From a virus: DNA of 64,000 nucleotides. The stretch lies in IMG/VR virus record IMGVR_UViG_3300031994_000034; one strand, 5' to 3'. The translations under genes and the position numbers were made by a program. This document shows, one piece after another, positions 36,799 through 45,590 of the stretch. The notes under the pieces are model-generated. The model saw nothing but the letters and a program-made list of their open reading frames with translations, made no database searches and was not told the DNA's origin. Within the stretch, counting starts at the first letter, position 1; each line of letters begins with the position of its first letter.

Positions 36799-37635
36799 AT
36801 GGCAAAAAAACAACGAACACACCAGCTACGTCACATCGTAGCCGTGTCAAACAACAAAGGCGGAGCCGGCAAGACCAGCACCGTCCTGAACCTCGCATCG
36901 GCCATCAGCCGGCGCATCGAAGGTTACAGAGTCCTCGTCATCGACTGTGACCCGCAGCGCAACCTCTCCTACTTCCTCGGTTGGGACGACCGACGCGAAC
37001 TGGATGGCTCCCCCACCCTCTACACCGCCCTGTGCAACGAACAGCAGGGGCTTCCAGTCTATCGTGCCGACAACGGCCTGTACTACACTCCGGCCTCCGT
37101 CAACCTGAACGGTATCGACGCCATTCTTTCCCTGCGTCCCAATCCCAGCAAAGCACTGAAGGAAATCCTTTCAAGACCCATCGACAACCGTACCGATGGT
37201 ACTGTGCTCAGCGATTCTGTCGCTGAGAGTTTCGACTTCATCTTCATCGACACCCAGCCCGCCATGTCGCGCATGACCTATAACGCCCTCTACGCTGCAG
37301 ACGGCTACATCATCCCCACAGAACTGGAAGAGGCCAGCGTCAAGGGTATGGCCAACATCGCCGTAGCCGCAGGTAAGGTGGGAGCCGACACGGGCAACCT
37401 CACCATCCACGGTATCCTTATTACCAAACTCGACGCCAAGCTGCGCTCCGCCAAACTCTATGAGCCGCAAATCCGCCAGTCGTTCCGCGAAACCTTCCAG
37501 ACGGCCATCCGCCGCTCCAAGGACATCATCGAGAGTCAAGCCCTCCGCGAGGACGTGTTCACCACCTACTCCGGCGGTCGTGCTGCAGAAGACTATACCG
37601 CCCTCGCCACCGAGTATCTGAGAAAGTTCGCTTAA
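36799..37635 (+). CDS. parA: ParA/Soj-type partition ATPase
   Basis: Deviant Walker A VSNNKGGAGKTSTVLNLA, VIDCDPQ; 278 aa. Confidence 0.85.
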   Translation: MAKKQRTHQLRHIVAVSNNKGGAGKTSTVLNLASAISRRIEGYRVLVIDCDPQRNLSYFLGWDDRRELDGSPTLYTALCNEQQGLPVYRADNGLYYTPASVNLNGIDAILSLRPNPSKALKEILSRPIDNRTDGTVLSDSVAESFDFIFIDTQPAMSRMTYNALYAADGYIIPTELEEASVKGMANIAVAAGKVGADTGNLTIHGILITKLDAKLRSAKLYEPQIRQSFRETFQTAIRRSKDIIESQALREDVFTTYSGGRAAEDYTALATEYLRKFA

Positions 37636-38019
37636 ATAATCATTCAAGCATTTACTTATTTAATCACACACTTATTTAATTATTTATGTATTCACTTAGA
37701 TGCTCGTTCACTTATTTGCTCAACTACTCAAACAAGCAGATGTCTGTTTAATCATATAAGCAAAACCATATTTAATTAGTTAAGCAAAATAGCATATAAT
37801 CATATAAGCAGATAAGCAGATAAAGAAATACTCGTAAGGCAGATATGCAAATAAGTAGGTAAGTATATGAGCGGACAATCATATAAGCAGATAAGTATAT
37901 GAGTGGTTAATTACATAAGCAAACAAGTATCTAAGCAAAAAAGAAGATGGCCAAGTTATTAAAAAGAGTACGCGCAAAGAAATCATTTAAGTATCTAATC
38001 ATTTAATCAGATAAGTATT
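37636..38019. repeat. AT-rich repeat field between parA and its partner gene (centromere candidate)
   Basis: Multiple copies of AATCATATAAGCA, ACTTATTTAAT, ATAAGCAGATAAG and ATAAGTATATGAG. Related TTGCTTAAAT / TTAAATAAGCA words at 36560-36605. Confidence 0.5.
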
Positions 38020-38541
38020 ATGGTAAAGAAAGACAAATTCAAGCAGATGCAGCAGGGTGGGGGAGTGACAGGCTCCTTCGTCGAGTCCCTGGTGCAGGCC
38101 GCCACCACCACAGCGGCCATTCAGCAAAAGGCCGAACAAGAAGCCGCCGCACAGCAGGGGGCCGGGCATCAGATAACCACGAACAATCCGTCAGGCGAAT
38201 CCGATGCCTCCCCGTCTGAGGTCCCCGTCGAGGGGCGGACCACCCTTACCGTCACGCCCGTGGCCGCCCGACAGCCCGGCGGCGAATGGCAATCCATAGA
38301 GCAGCCCAAATTCATGCGCCTGCCTAATCCGCAAATCCCACTCAACGAGTACAATCTGGTTAGCCACTATTGCTCCAGCCTCCCCAATATGACCCGCCAG
38401 GACTTCGTGGAACTTGCCATCGTCGAAAAACTCCACGCCCTCGGGCGACTCTCCGACGAGGAGTTCACCGCTCGACAAACGGAAATACGCAACCGCCCAC
38501 CACGCGGCCAACGGAAAGGAACTAAGCAAACAAGCAGGTAA
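38020..38541 (+). CDS. Partition adaptor candidate (ParG/RHH-like C-terminus)
   Basis: Position after parA. The C-terminus FMRLPNP...QDFVELAIVEKLHALGRLSDEEF looks strand-helix-helix. Confidence 0.4.
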   Translation: MVKKDKFKQMQQGGGVTGSFVESLVQAATTTAAIQQKAEQEAAAQQGAGHQITTNNPSGESDASPSEVPVEGRTTLTVTPVAARQPGGEWQSIEQPKFMRLPNPQIPLNEYNLVSHYCSSLPNMTRQDFVELAIVEKLHALGRLSDEEFTARQTEIRNRPPRGQRKGTKQTSR

Positions 38542-38580
38542 GCATTTAAGTATCTAATTAAAAACCAGCCTCACAAAATC

Positions 38581-39051
38581 ATGCAACAATTCAGCCACGA
38601 CTACACCAAGGTCAGCGAGGCTATGGAAAGCCTCTATTCTGCCACGCGGCTCATCGCCAACGAATGTTACGATGCAGCCCTTGAACGTATTAACGAAGCC
38701 CGCACCATCCTCAGCGAGTACCTCGCCCAGGACAACATGATTCCCGACAACGACGTTGCCGACGGTTGGGTACGCCACAGCGAAGCCCAGGCCGAACTCG
38801 AGGATCTGCGCAGCAGGGTAGGGGACACCCATCGCAGTGCGCCCGACGGTTCGCGGCCCTCAGTAGAAATGGACAGAAAAGAACAAATCATCAAAGAACA
38901 GATTGACGAAGCATGCGTCATGCTTGATATTCTAACAGAATCGATTAAGAAAAAAGCCACCATAGAACCGAACGAAAAAGCCAGCATTAGAGAACTATAT
39001 TACAAGTGCTGGGGTTATATGACACTGGTTGATTCGTCCGATAAATATTAA
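38581..39051 (+). CDS. Hypothetical protein (156 aa)
   Basis: Complete ORF. Confidence 0.6.
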   Translation: MQQFSHDYTKVSEAMESLYSATRLIANECYDAALERINEARTILSEYLAQDNMIPDNDVADGWVRHSEAQAELEDLRSRVGDTHRSAPDGSRPSVEMDRKEQIIKEQIDEACVMLDILTESIKKKATIEPNEKASIRELYYKCWGYMTLVDSSDKY

Positions 39052-39057
39052 ATCGCT

Positions 39058-39228
39058 ATGACACGCACACTATTTCAAGCGCAAGACATTGCATGCACGA
39101 CCGACTGCGCACGATATCGGGAGGGCAATTGCCCGTTTTTTTGGTCAGACAAGGTAAACTGCCCGCGTATTCGTTTCTACATGCACGGGTACGACGTAAG
39201 CGACAGTGACGAGGACTTAACAGATTAG
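39058..39228 (+). CDS. Small Cys-rich protein (56 aa), below the track threshold
   Basis: My translation: MTRTLFQAQDIACTTDCARYREGNCPFFWSDKVNCPRIRFYMHGYDVSDSDEDLTD*. Paralog of the next ORF. Confidence 0.45.
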   Translation: MTRTLFQAQDIACTTDCARYREGNCPFFWSDKVNCPRIRFYMHGYDVSDSDEDLTD

Positions 39229-39233
39229 ACGAC

Positions 39234-39368
39234 ATGGACAAGGACTTAATAGAAGCCGTGCAGCGGGCGTGTACGACAGACTGCCTCCAGTACCGCCACA
39301 ATACGTGCCCGTATCGTTGGACTGCAAAAATGAAGTGTCCGAACGTAAAGCGGTACCTTGACAAATGA
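39234..39368 (+). CDS. Small Cys-rich protein (44 aa), paralog of 39058..39228
   Basis: MDKDLIEAVQRACTTDCLQYRHNTCPYRWTAKMKCPNVKRYLDK*. Shares ACTTDCxxYR..CP....CP..(R/K)(F/Y). Confidence 0.45.
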   Translation: MDKDLIEAVQRACTTDCLQYRHNTCPYRWTAKMKCPNVKRYLDK

Positions 39369-39429
39369 TAACCAACTGCGACTCAAAGAAATCATCGACA
39401 AATTCAGTAACCATTAAAACCAAAGAATT

Positions 39430-40389
39430 ATGAAACTGAACATCATCCAACTCGCAAAAGTAGCAAAATGCACCGCCCTGTTATTGTTGGCAGGTGCCGT
39501 ATGGTCCTGCAGCAGCAAGGACGAGGTGGAGGAAATGCTCTCCACAGAGACTACACCCGTCACCTTCCAGGTGGACGCACAGACGACCCCCATCTTCTTC
39601 GACTTCACCGAAGGCTGGCGCTACATCGGCTCCGACACGGTGAAAAGCGCCAGTTACAAGGCATCTGCCATAACACTCGATCTCCGTCAAGGCAAGCACA
39701 ATATTGTTGCCGTGAAAGGCATCGAAACAAGCAACGACGTTCAAAAAACGGGTGTCCACTTTGACCCGAGCAATCGCACATTCTATCTGCAATCCGAGTA
39801 CGATGCACACGGGCTCGAAGCTGAGACTGCAATGCTTGGTGTTCCCTCCGCCGATGTCTGTTATTGGCGCCGTCAGCTCGAAGTGTCGCCATATCTTCTG
39901 CCCGAACAGAAGCCGGAGTACACGCCTGTCACAGCTAAGCTTTACATCGGTCCTCAATCAGTAGTGCCTGCCGAAATACAAAAGGATATGCGTGTCGTCG
40001 GTACTTACATAAAGACAGAAGTCAAAGAAGTGCCCGTCGTCGAGCAAGTGGGCCTGGATAACAATAGCTATAAACTGCGCAAAACTCCGCATGAGATTTA
40101 CGCTGTATTGAGCGGAACGGAGAGCAGCGGCTTATCGTACTCTACCAATTGTCCGTACATCACACTTTGTCCGGAAGGAGGATTGCATGACATCAGCCTC
40201 ACGATCCGCGTGTCGGCAGAGGTAACGATGAGCGACGGCTTTTTCCAACACCCTTACCGTCGGGACTACACGGTGCGTCTTCCAAAATTCTCGCTGCAGC
40301 GCGGTTATGTAACACGCTTGAGGGGCGCAACACTCTACTCTGAAAAACCAGAAGACTGGACCGTAGAGATGGCGCCTTACGAACAGTGA
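39430..40389 (+). CDS. Surface lipoprotein candidate (319 aa)
   Basis: Signal peptide ...ALLLLAGAVWSC followed by SSKDEVEE (lipobox Cys plus a K/D/E-rich stretch). Confidence 0.65.
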   Translation: MKLNIIQLAKVAKCTALLLLAGAVWSCSSKDEVEEMLSTETTPVTFQVDAQTTPIFFDFTEGWRYIGSDTVKSASYKASAITLDLRQGKHNIVAVKGIETSNDVQKTGVHFDPSNRTFYLQSEYDAHGLEAETAMLGVPSADVCYWRRQLEVSPYLLPEQKPEYTPVTAKLYIGPQSVVPAEIQKDMRVVGTYIKTEVKEVPVVEQVGLDNNSYKLRKTPHEIYAVLSGTESSGLSYSTNCPYITLCPEGGLHDISLTIRVSAEVTMSDGFFQHPYRRDYTVRLPKFSLQRGYVTRLRGATLYSEKPEDWTVEMAPYEQ

Positions 40390-40412
40390 AATACTCACCC
40401 TTTAACTCCACG

Positions 40413-40450
40413 CCGCCAGCCAGCCACCGCGCCGACTGGCGGTTTCTTTT
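40413..40450 (+). terminator. Rho-independent terminator
   Basis: CCGCCAG...CTGGCGG followed by TTTCTTTT. Confidence 0.55.
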
Positions 40451-40487
40451 GCCCATCATTCCGCTCATATCCTCGAAATGGCTCGCC

Positions 40488-41186
40488 TCCCGTTAGGACA
40501 AACCTCCATTCGCGTCTGCGAAACGCGCGTGCGTAACGCATCTACAATGAACTCCCGTTAGGACAAACCTTTCTTCTCCCAAGCGTAACGCGCTTAATAT
40601 CAGCCATTCATTGCAAGGTTTGTCCTAACGGGAACCCGCCGTCACACCTCTCCAGTCCGACCTTCCAATATCATCCCGCCCCGGTTCACTCAAAAAACTC
40701 CCATCAGAACAAACCTCTCCAGGTAGAAACTTATAACGTCTTAAAAATCAATAATTAAAATGAAAAAGAAAGAAAACTCCTCGATTCGAGATAAGTATTT
40801 TTTTGTATATTTAAGAATACGATATAGTATATAGACGCGGCGCAGTGGTTGTAAATCAGCTACTTGCGTCAAAAAAAGTTTGTCCTGCCTGGAACTTTTA
40901 TCCGCAAAAGTTTGTCCTGATGGGAACCGAGTTTTGCCCTGCCTGGAATCGTGCTTTGTCTCAGTGGGAGCACAGGTTTGTCCTATCTGGAGGTTTTATT
41001 CATGAGGTTTGTCCTGATGGGAGCCGGCTTTTGTCCTGTCGGGAGGTTTTGTCCCAACGGGAGCACCACCATGCGGTTTGTCCTTTTAGGAAAAGACTTT
41101 TTGTCTTTTCCGGAAATGTAGGTTTATCTTCTTCGGAAACGCACGTTTATCCTTTTCTGAAACCGAAGTTTGTCCTTTTCGGAAGC
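40488..41186. repeat. Iteron array with central AT-rich stretch (plasmid-type origin candidate)
   Basis: About 17 copies of (A/G)GTTTGTCC-N4-GG(G/A)A. Four at 40488-40716 (mixed orientation), an AT-rich stretch at 40735-40850, and 13 direct copies at 40877-41186 with ~20-26 bp spacing. Confidence 0.7.
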
Positions 41187-41330
41187 GGCAAAACATAACT
41201 CTTTGACCAACAAATCAAACGAATTTGAATAAAAAAGTGCTTAAAAATATAATTTTCTCCCTTTTCGTTTGGAGGTTTATTTATTTATTTATACCTTTGC
41301 CCGCAGCTACAACTCATTTTTATACTCATC

Positions 41331-42845
41331 ATGGGAAGAAAAAAGAAAGAGAAGAGTATCACCGTAGGTATCTCCGACCTCATCTACCAGCCGCACAAGA
41401 TGTCGCGTCTGCCGGCGCTCGACAGTCGCGTGGCCTCGCGCACCATCCTTGCCATCCTGCAACGTCTGCAGGGACTCTTCGCCCTGGCCCGTGCTCAGGA
41501 ACGCGACCCGCAGCTTTATCTGAAGTTCGAGACCGACCAGTTCGAGGTGAAGAAGTCGGCCACCAGCAGCTTCGAGCGTGGCGACGTGTTGTTTAACCTC
41601 TCCCTCTCCGACATCGCCGAGCCCAACCACTACCCGGAGGTCCGTGCCGCTCTGAAGGGACTGGAGCACGTCAAGGTACTCGTGCCTGTCAAGGAGGAAC
41701 CGGGCAAATACCGCACCTCCTCGCTCATGGACATCAAGGGAGAATACGATGCCGACGGCAATCTCATCGGTACCAACTTCTCCGTTATCGTACCCCGCAT
41801 CACCGCCGAGAACATCCTCGACATCAACCTCCTTGGTGGGTTTAGCAGATTCTTACTTTTCACCGCTTCACAGTTCCGCAGCGACTACGGCTACACGCTC
41901 TACATCCGCCTCTCCGACGAATGGCGCCGCTATGGCGACGTCTTCGAGATAGGCTACGAGGATCTGCGTCAGAACATGGGCTTCGTCCTGGAGAAAGAGG
42001 AATACAAGGACAAGGACGGAAAGGTTAAGGAGCGCATCATCGACCACACCAAGAAGCACGCCTCCTGGTCGCTCTTCTGCCGCTACGTCCTCAACCAGGC
42101 ACAGGAGGAACTGCAGATGATGGCCGATCGCCAGCCGCCCGTCACCGACTTCACCTTCTCCTACGAAGGCCTGCTCAACGGTCAGCCTTTGCCTAAGTAC
42201 AAGCGGCCCGACGCCATCCGCTTCACCATCCACCCCACCGCCGTAGGTCGCAAGTTGGCTGCCGATACGGCCTTCTCTGCCCAGAGCATTCAGGCTCGTC
42301 GCATGATGACTGACATCTTCGGTCTCACTGAAGGCCAGGCTCGCACCTTTATGCGCCGCGTCACCCCCGACAATGTGGGCGACCTCCTGCGTGTGATGCA
42401 GCAACTCCAGTCTGACCTCGATGCCGGACGCCGCAAGGCCAACAACCGCACCGCCGTTGCAGTCGATGAGATAAAGAAGTTCCTCAATAAGCAAAAAGAG
42501 GATGCCATCATAGAAGCCGAGGAGGTACCGACTACTCAGTGTAATCCGACTATTCCTCCGGCTACTCAGAGTGTAGAATCCGAGACCGTCGCCTCTCCCG
42601 ACTCCCGCTGGCAGCAGTTCATCGACCAGGTGCTCGCCGACTGCCCCACCGACAACGATCGCGCCATGCTCGGCCCTTTCCTCCGCGAAAGAATCTGTCA
42701 GGCCGTCTTTGCCGACGACACCCTCGCCCTCACCGTCGGCACCCAAGCCTCCTACGACTGGTTCCGTGACTCCTACGGCTCCTTCTTTGCCAAGGAAAGA
42801 GAAAAGCACCTGCCCGGCATTGAGATAAAATTTTTCCTCGACTAA
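41331..42845 (+). CDS. Replication initiator candidate (504 aa)
   Basis: Directly downstream of the iterons, with its own TACCTTTG promoter (41292-41299). SDYGYTLYIRLSDEW is reminiscent of RepB/Rep_3-type initiators (weak). Confidence 0.5.
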   Translation: MGRKKKEKSITVGISDLIYQPHKMSRLPALDSRVASRTILAILQRLQGLFALARAQERDPQLYLKFETDQFEVKKSATSSFERGDVLFNLSLSDIAEPNHYPEVRAALKGLEHVKVLVPVKEEPGKYRTSSLMDIKGEYDADGNLIGTNFSVIVPRITAENILDINLLGGFSRFLLFTASQFRSDYGYTLYIRLSDEWRRYGDVFEIGYEDLRQNMGFVLEKEEYKDKDGKVKERIIDHTKKHASWSLFCRYVLNQAQEELQMMADRQPPVTDFTFSYEGLLNGQPLPKYKRPDAIRFTIHPTAVGRKLAADTAFSAQSIQARRMMTDIFGLTEGQARTFMRRVTPDNVGDLLRVMQQLQSDLDAGRRKANNRTAVAVDEIKKFLNKQKEDAIIEAEEVPTTQCNPTIPPATQSVESETVASPDSRWQQFIDQVLADCPTDNDRAMLGPFLRERICQAVFADDTLALTVGTQASYDWFRDSYGSFFAKEREKHLPGIEIKFFLD

Positions 42846-42952
42846 GCCTGCGTCTTACCCCTGCGCCTTGCGGTTTCCCCGCCCCTGCGCCTTGCGGTTT
42901 CCCCGCAAGGAAACAAGCAAGAGAGGGCCGCAACCACCTGGCACGCTGCCAA

Positions 42953-42984
42953 TAAAAAAGGCGGCCACACCGACCGCCTTTTTA
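42953..42984. terminator. Bidirectional terminator between convergent genes
   Basis: AAAAAA-GGCGG-[ccacaccga]-CCGCC-TTTTT. Confidence 0.6.
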
Positions 42985-43195
42985 AGTTGTAGCTTTGCAT
43001 AAGAAGGTAAGAGATTGCACAAAGGTACGAATAAGCGAGCATAGTACAAAATAAAAAGGCAATTTTCTTTCGGAATATTGAGCGAAAGTACCTTCGACGA
43101 TAGTCAAATCGCACGAAAAAACGCAAAATCAAATACGAATTAACAGATTTTAACCAAACGAAAACACGCCCTCTCGGCTTTCTGATTACTCTGCC

Positions 43196-43807
43196 TCACT
43201 CTCCACTCTTAACTCTCTTCTCCCTCCTCTGCCATTCCCTCCTGATGGCATCCACATGGTAGCTTGGTGTCTTCGTTTCCTCGCAGAACGCCTCCACCAT
43301 CTCCTTGGCCGGGTACCTGCGTCCGCCCTGTTCCTCCGCATATTTCTGGTCGAAGTCCGCCACTGCTGTCCAGAACGTCTTGCGCACGATGCCCTGCAGC
43401 TTCGTCGCCTGCTGTCTGCCGAAGCTCACGTCCCACGTCCACGGCCTTACTACGCCGAGCCGCGTCAGGCACATCTTCGGGCACTCGATGGGTACGAACA
43501 GCGCCAGCTCATCGCGTGTCACGCCGTACAGCTCCGCTGTGGCCTCGGCATCCAGTGTCATCCCGGCCTCGATGCAGTTCCGGCGTGTCACGCTCATGCT
43601 GCCCTTCACCTTCACCGGCTCCATCGTGTCCTCCGCAGCCTGCATCCTGAAGGTTGCCTTGGCTCCCGGCAGGTGCTGCAGGCTCACCACCCGCCGCCCG
43701 TGCGCCGTCACCTCGCCGCCCAGCTCCCGCTCCAGCCAGCCCTGCATATAGTCCGTCACCCTCAGCCACGCCATCGCCGGCTGTCCTCCCTTGCTGTTGT
43801 TAGCCAT
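43196..43807 (-). CDS. Hypothetical protein (203 aa)
   Basis: ATG 43807 (MANNSKGGQPAMAW). Confidence 0.55.
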   Translation of the reverse strand: MANNSKGGQPAMAWLRVTDYMQGWLERELGGEVTAHGRRVVSLQHLPGAKATFRMQAAEDTMEPVKVKGSMSVTRRNCIEAGMTLDAEATAELYGVTRDELALFVPIECPKMCLTRLGVVRPWTWDVSFGRQQATKLQGIVRKTFWTAVADFDQKYAEEQGGRRYPAKEMVEAFCEETKTPSYHVDAIRREWQRREKRVKSGE

Positions 43808-43872
43808 CGTTCTGTCTTTGGTTTCTTCGGCACAAAGATACAACTTTTTTCTGAGCTTCAATCACCCATCGA

Positions 43873-44051
43873 AAATTATTAGAAAACGCCCCAAATTATT
43901 AGGATTGCCCCATTTCTAATAATTTGTCTAATAAAATATCAATCAACGACTTACGCCAATTTTTGCCATTTTCAATTATTAGAAAAGAATATTTTGTAAT
44001 AGATTGGCACACAAAAAGATACATCACGTTTTGAGGCAAATTATTAGAAAA
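43873..44051. promoter_or_regulatory. Operator-like repeats AAATTATTAGAAAA (5 copies, one inverted)
   Basis: Copies at 43873, 43893, 43912 (inverted), 43973 and 44038, directly upstream of the leftward gene 43807. Confidence 0.5.
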
Positions 44052-44598
44052 TGCCCAAATTTTAGGTAAACTATAAAAAACATAAAAAACTGCAGACACA
44101 ATCTTATTACTTCACAATCCTCATCACGTCGCGCAAGAGCTCCCCGTACTCCTCAATTAGTAAAAAGACATTTTCAAATAAAAGGAAAATGTTGATATAT
44201 AAATAGTTATATATATAGTATAAATAATTCTTTAATATTTTTACTATACTTTATAAATCAAAAAAACCTCGAATAATTAAAATTCTACAATATAAATAAC
44301 ACAAAATCAGCGATTTGTGCCGTATTTGCCGACTTAATATCTCCCGAATATCCTGATATTTTTGCGGCGCTTTTTGGGCCGCTGCGTGTAATAAGTGTTT
44401 AATCTCTTGCGCGTTATGCTGAAAACCCGTACCTTTGCATCGCAAACACAAACTGAATAAACCAGAGGTATCCGACCAAAGAACCACCGACCGTGAGGTA
44501 CGTTTCATGTTGTAATTCATAAAAGACGACGGATTTCACCACTTCATCCGTCAGCCGTCGCGCCGATGTTGTAGCTTTCTTTGGCGCGGCGGCTTTCT

Positions 44599-44788
44599 CA
44601 ATTCATAGTTCATAGTTCATAGTTCATAGTTCACTTTTCTCAATTCATAGTTCATAGTTCATAGTTCATAGTTCACTTTTCTCAATTCATAGTCCATAGT
44701 TCATAATTCATAGTCCATAATTCATAGTCCATAGTTCATTTCAGTTCACTTTTCTCAATTCATAGTTCATAGTTCATAGTCCATAGTT
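44599..44788. repeat. Array (~190 bp) of 7-bp TTCATAG/TCCATAG words interrupted by TTCACTTTTCTCAA
   Basis: Read directly from the sequence. Confidence 0.85.
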
Positions 44789-44969
44789 CCGCTCGCTCGG
44801 TTTTCTGATTACTCTGATTACTCCGAGTATTTCGAGTATTCGGCCCGACCTTCCCCTGTGCGCCAGCCCCATTTTTCACTTTTCACTCTTCACTTTTCAC
44901 TTTTCCATTCCTCCCTTGACTCCGCAGCTCATTATACCGATATTACCACCAAAACAAACCCATACCACT

Positions 44970-45590
44970 ATGTACGAAGAATACCAACTCCATTCAGACC
45001 CGGCATCGCCCTTCTATCACCAGTGGCCACAGGCTCCTGCGCCGTCCGACGGTCCCGACTCGGACCGAATCGGCTGCATCGCCAGCATCATCTCGTGGAC
45101 CATCGCCTTTGTCATCTTGTTCATCCTCTGCGCACTCTCCTCCTGCCGCTCCACGCGCACCGTCGTCGTCGAAGCGCGCGACAGCACCTCGACCCACGTC
45201 CATACCAACACCGTCTTCGTGCCCGACACCATCCTCGTGCCCCTGCCGCCCGAGCGCGTCGTAGTCGTGGCCCCCGACACGGTGTCCGACCTCCGCACCT
45301 CCGTGGCCGAGAGCCATGCCGCCATACGCGGTGGGCTCCTCCACCACGAGCTGCGCAACCTCGACGCGCCCCTGCCCGTGCCGGTGCAGACTAAGGTCAT
45401 CACGCGCGACAGTATCGTCTATCTCGAGCGTGAGGTGCCAGTGCCATACGCCGTCGAAGTCGAAGTGCCGGCGCCCCTCACCTGGTGGCAGCACCTCCGC
45501 CTCTGGCTCGGCAACATCCTCCTCATCGCCCTCGCCCTCGCCGCCGGCTACGGAGCCTTCCGCCTTTGGCGCAAGTTCCACCATCTCTGA
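44970..45590 (+). CDS. Membrane protein with N- and C-terminal hydrophobic spans (206 aa)
   Basis: actATGTACGAA start. IASIISWTIAFVILFILCAL and LWLGNILLIALALAAGYGAF. Confidence 0.55.
   Translation: MYEEYQLHSDPASPFYHQWPQAPAPSDGPDSDRIGCIASIISWTIAFVILFILCALSSCRSTRTVVVEARDSTSTHVHTNTVFVPDTILVPLPPERVVVVAPDTVSDLRTSVAESHAAIRGGLLHHELRNLDAPLPVPVQTKVITRDSIVYLEREVPVPYAVEVEVPAPLTWWQHLRLWLGNILLIALALAAGYGAFRLWRKFHHL

Noticed and set aside
39056-39364. 102-aa minus-strand ORF
   Set aside because: It is replaced by two tandem + strand Cys-rich paralogs whose similarity to each other supports the + frame.
40845-41198. 117-aa ORF inside the iteron array
   Set aside because: Its sequence (..FVLSG..FVLMG..CPAWN..) is simply the translated iteron repeat.
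44251-44520. 89-aa minus-strand ORF in the large regulatory region
   Set aside because: It overlaps a + strand TACCTTTG promoter and an AT-rich tract, has no start context and lies in the least coding-like DNA of the window. Kept only as part of the regulatory-region finding.
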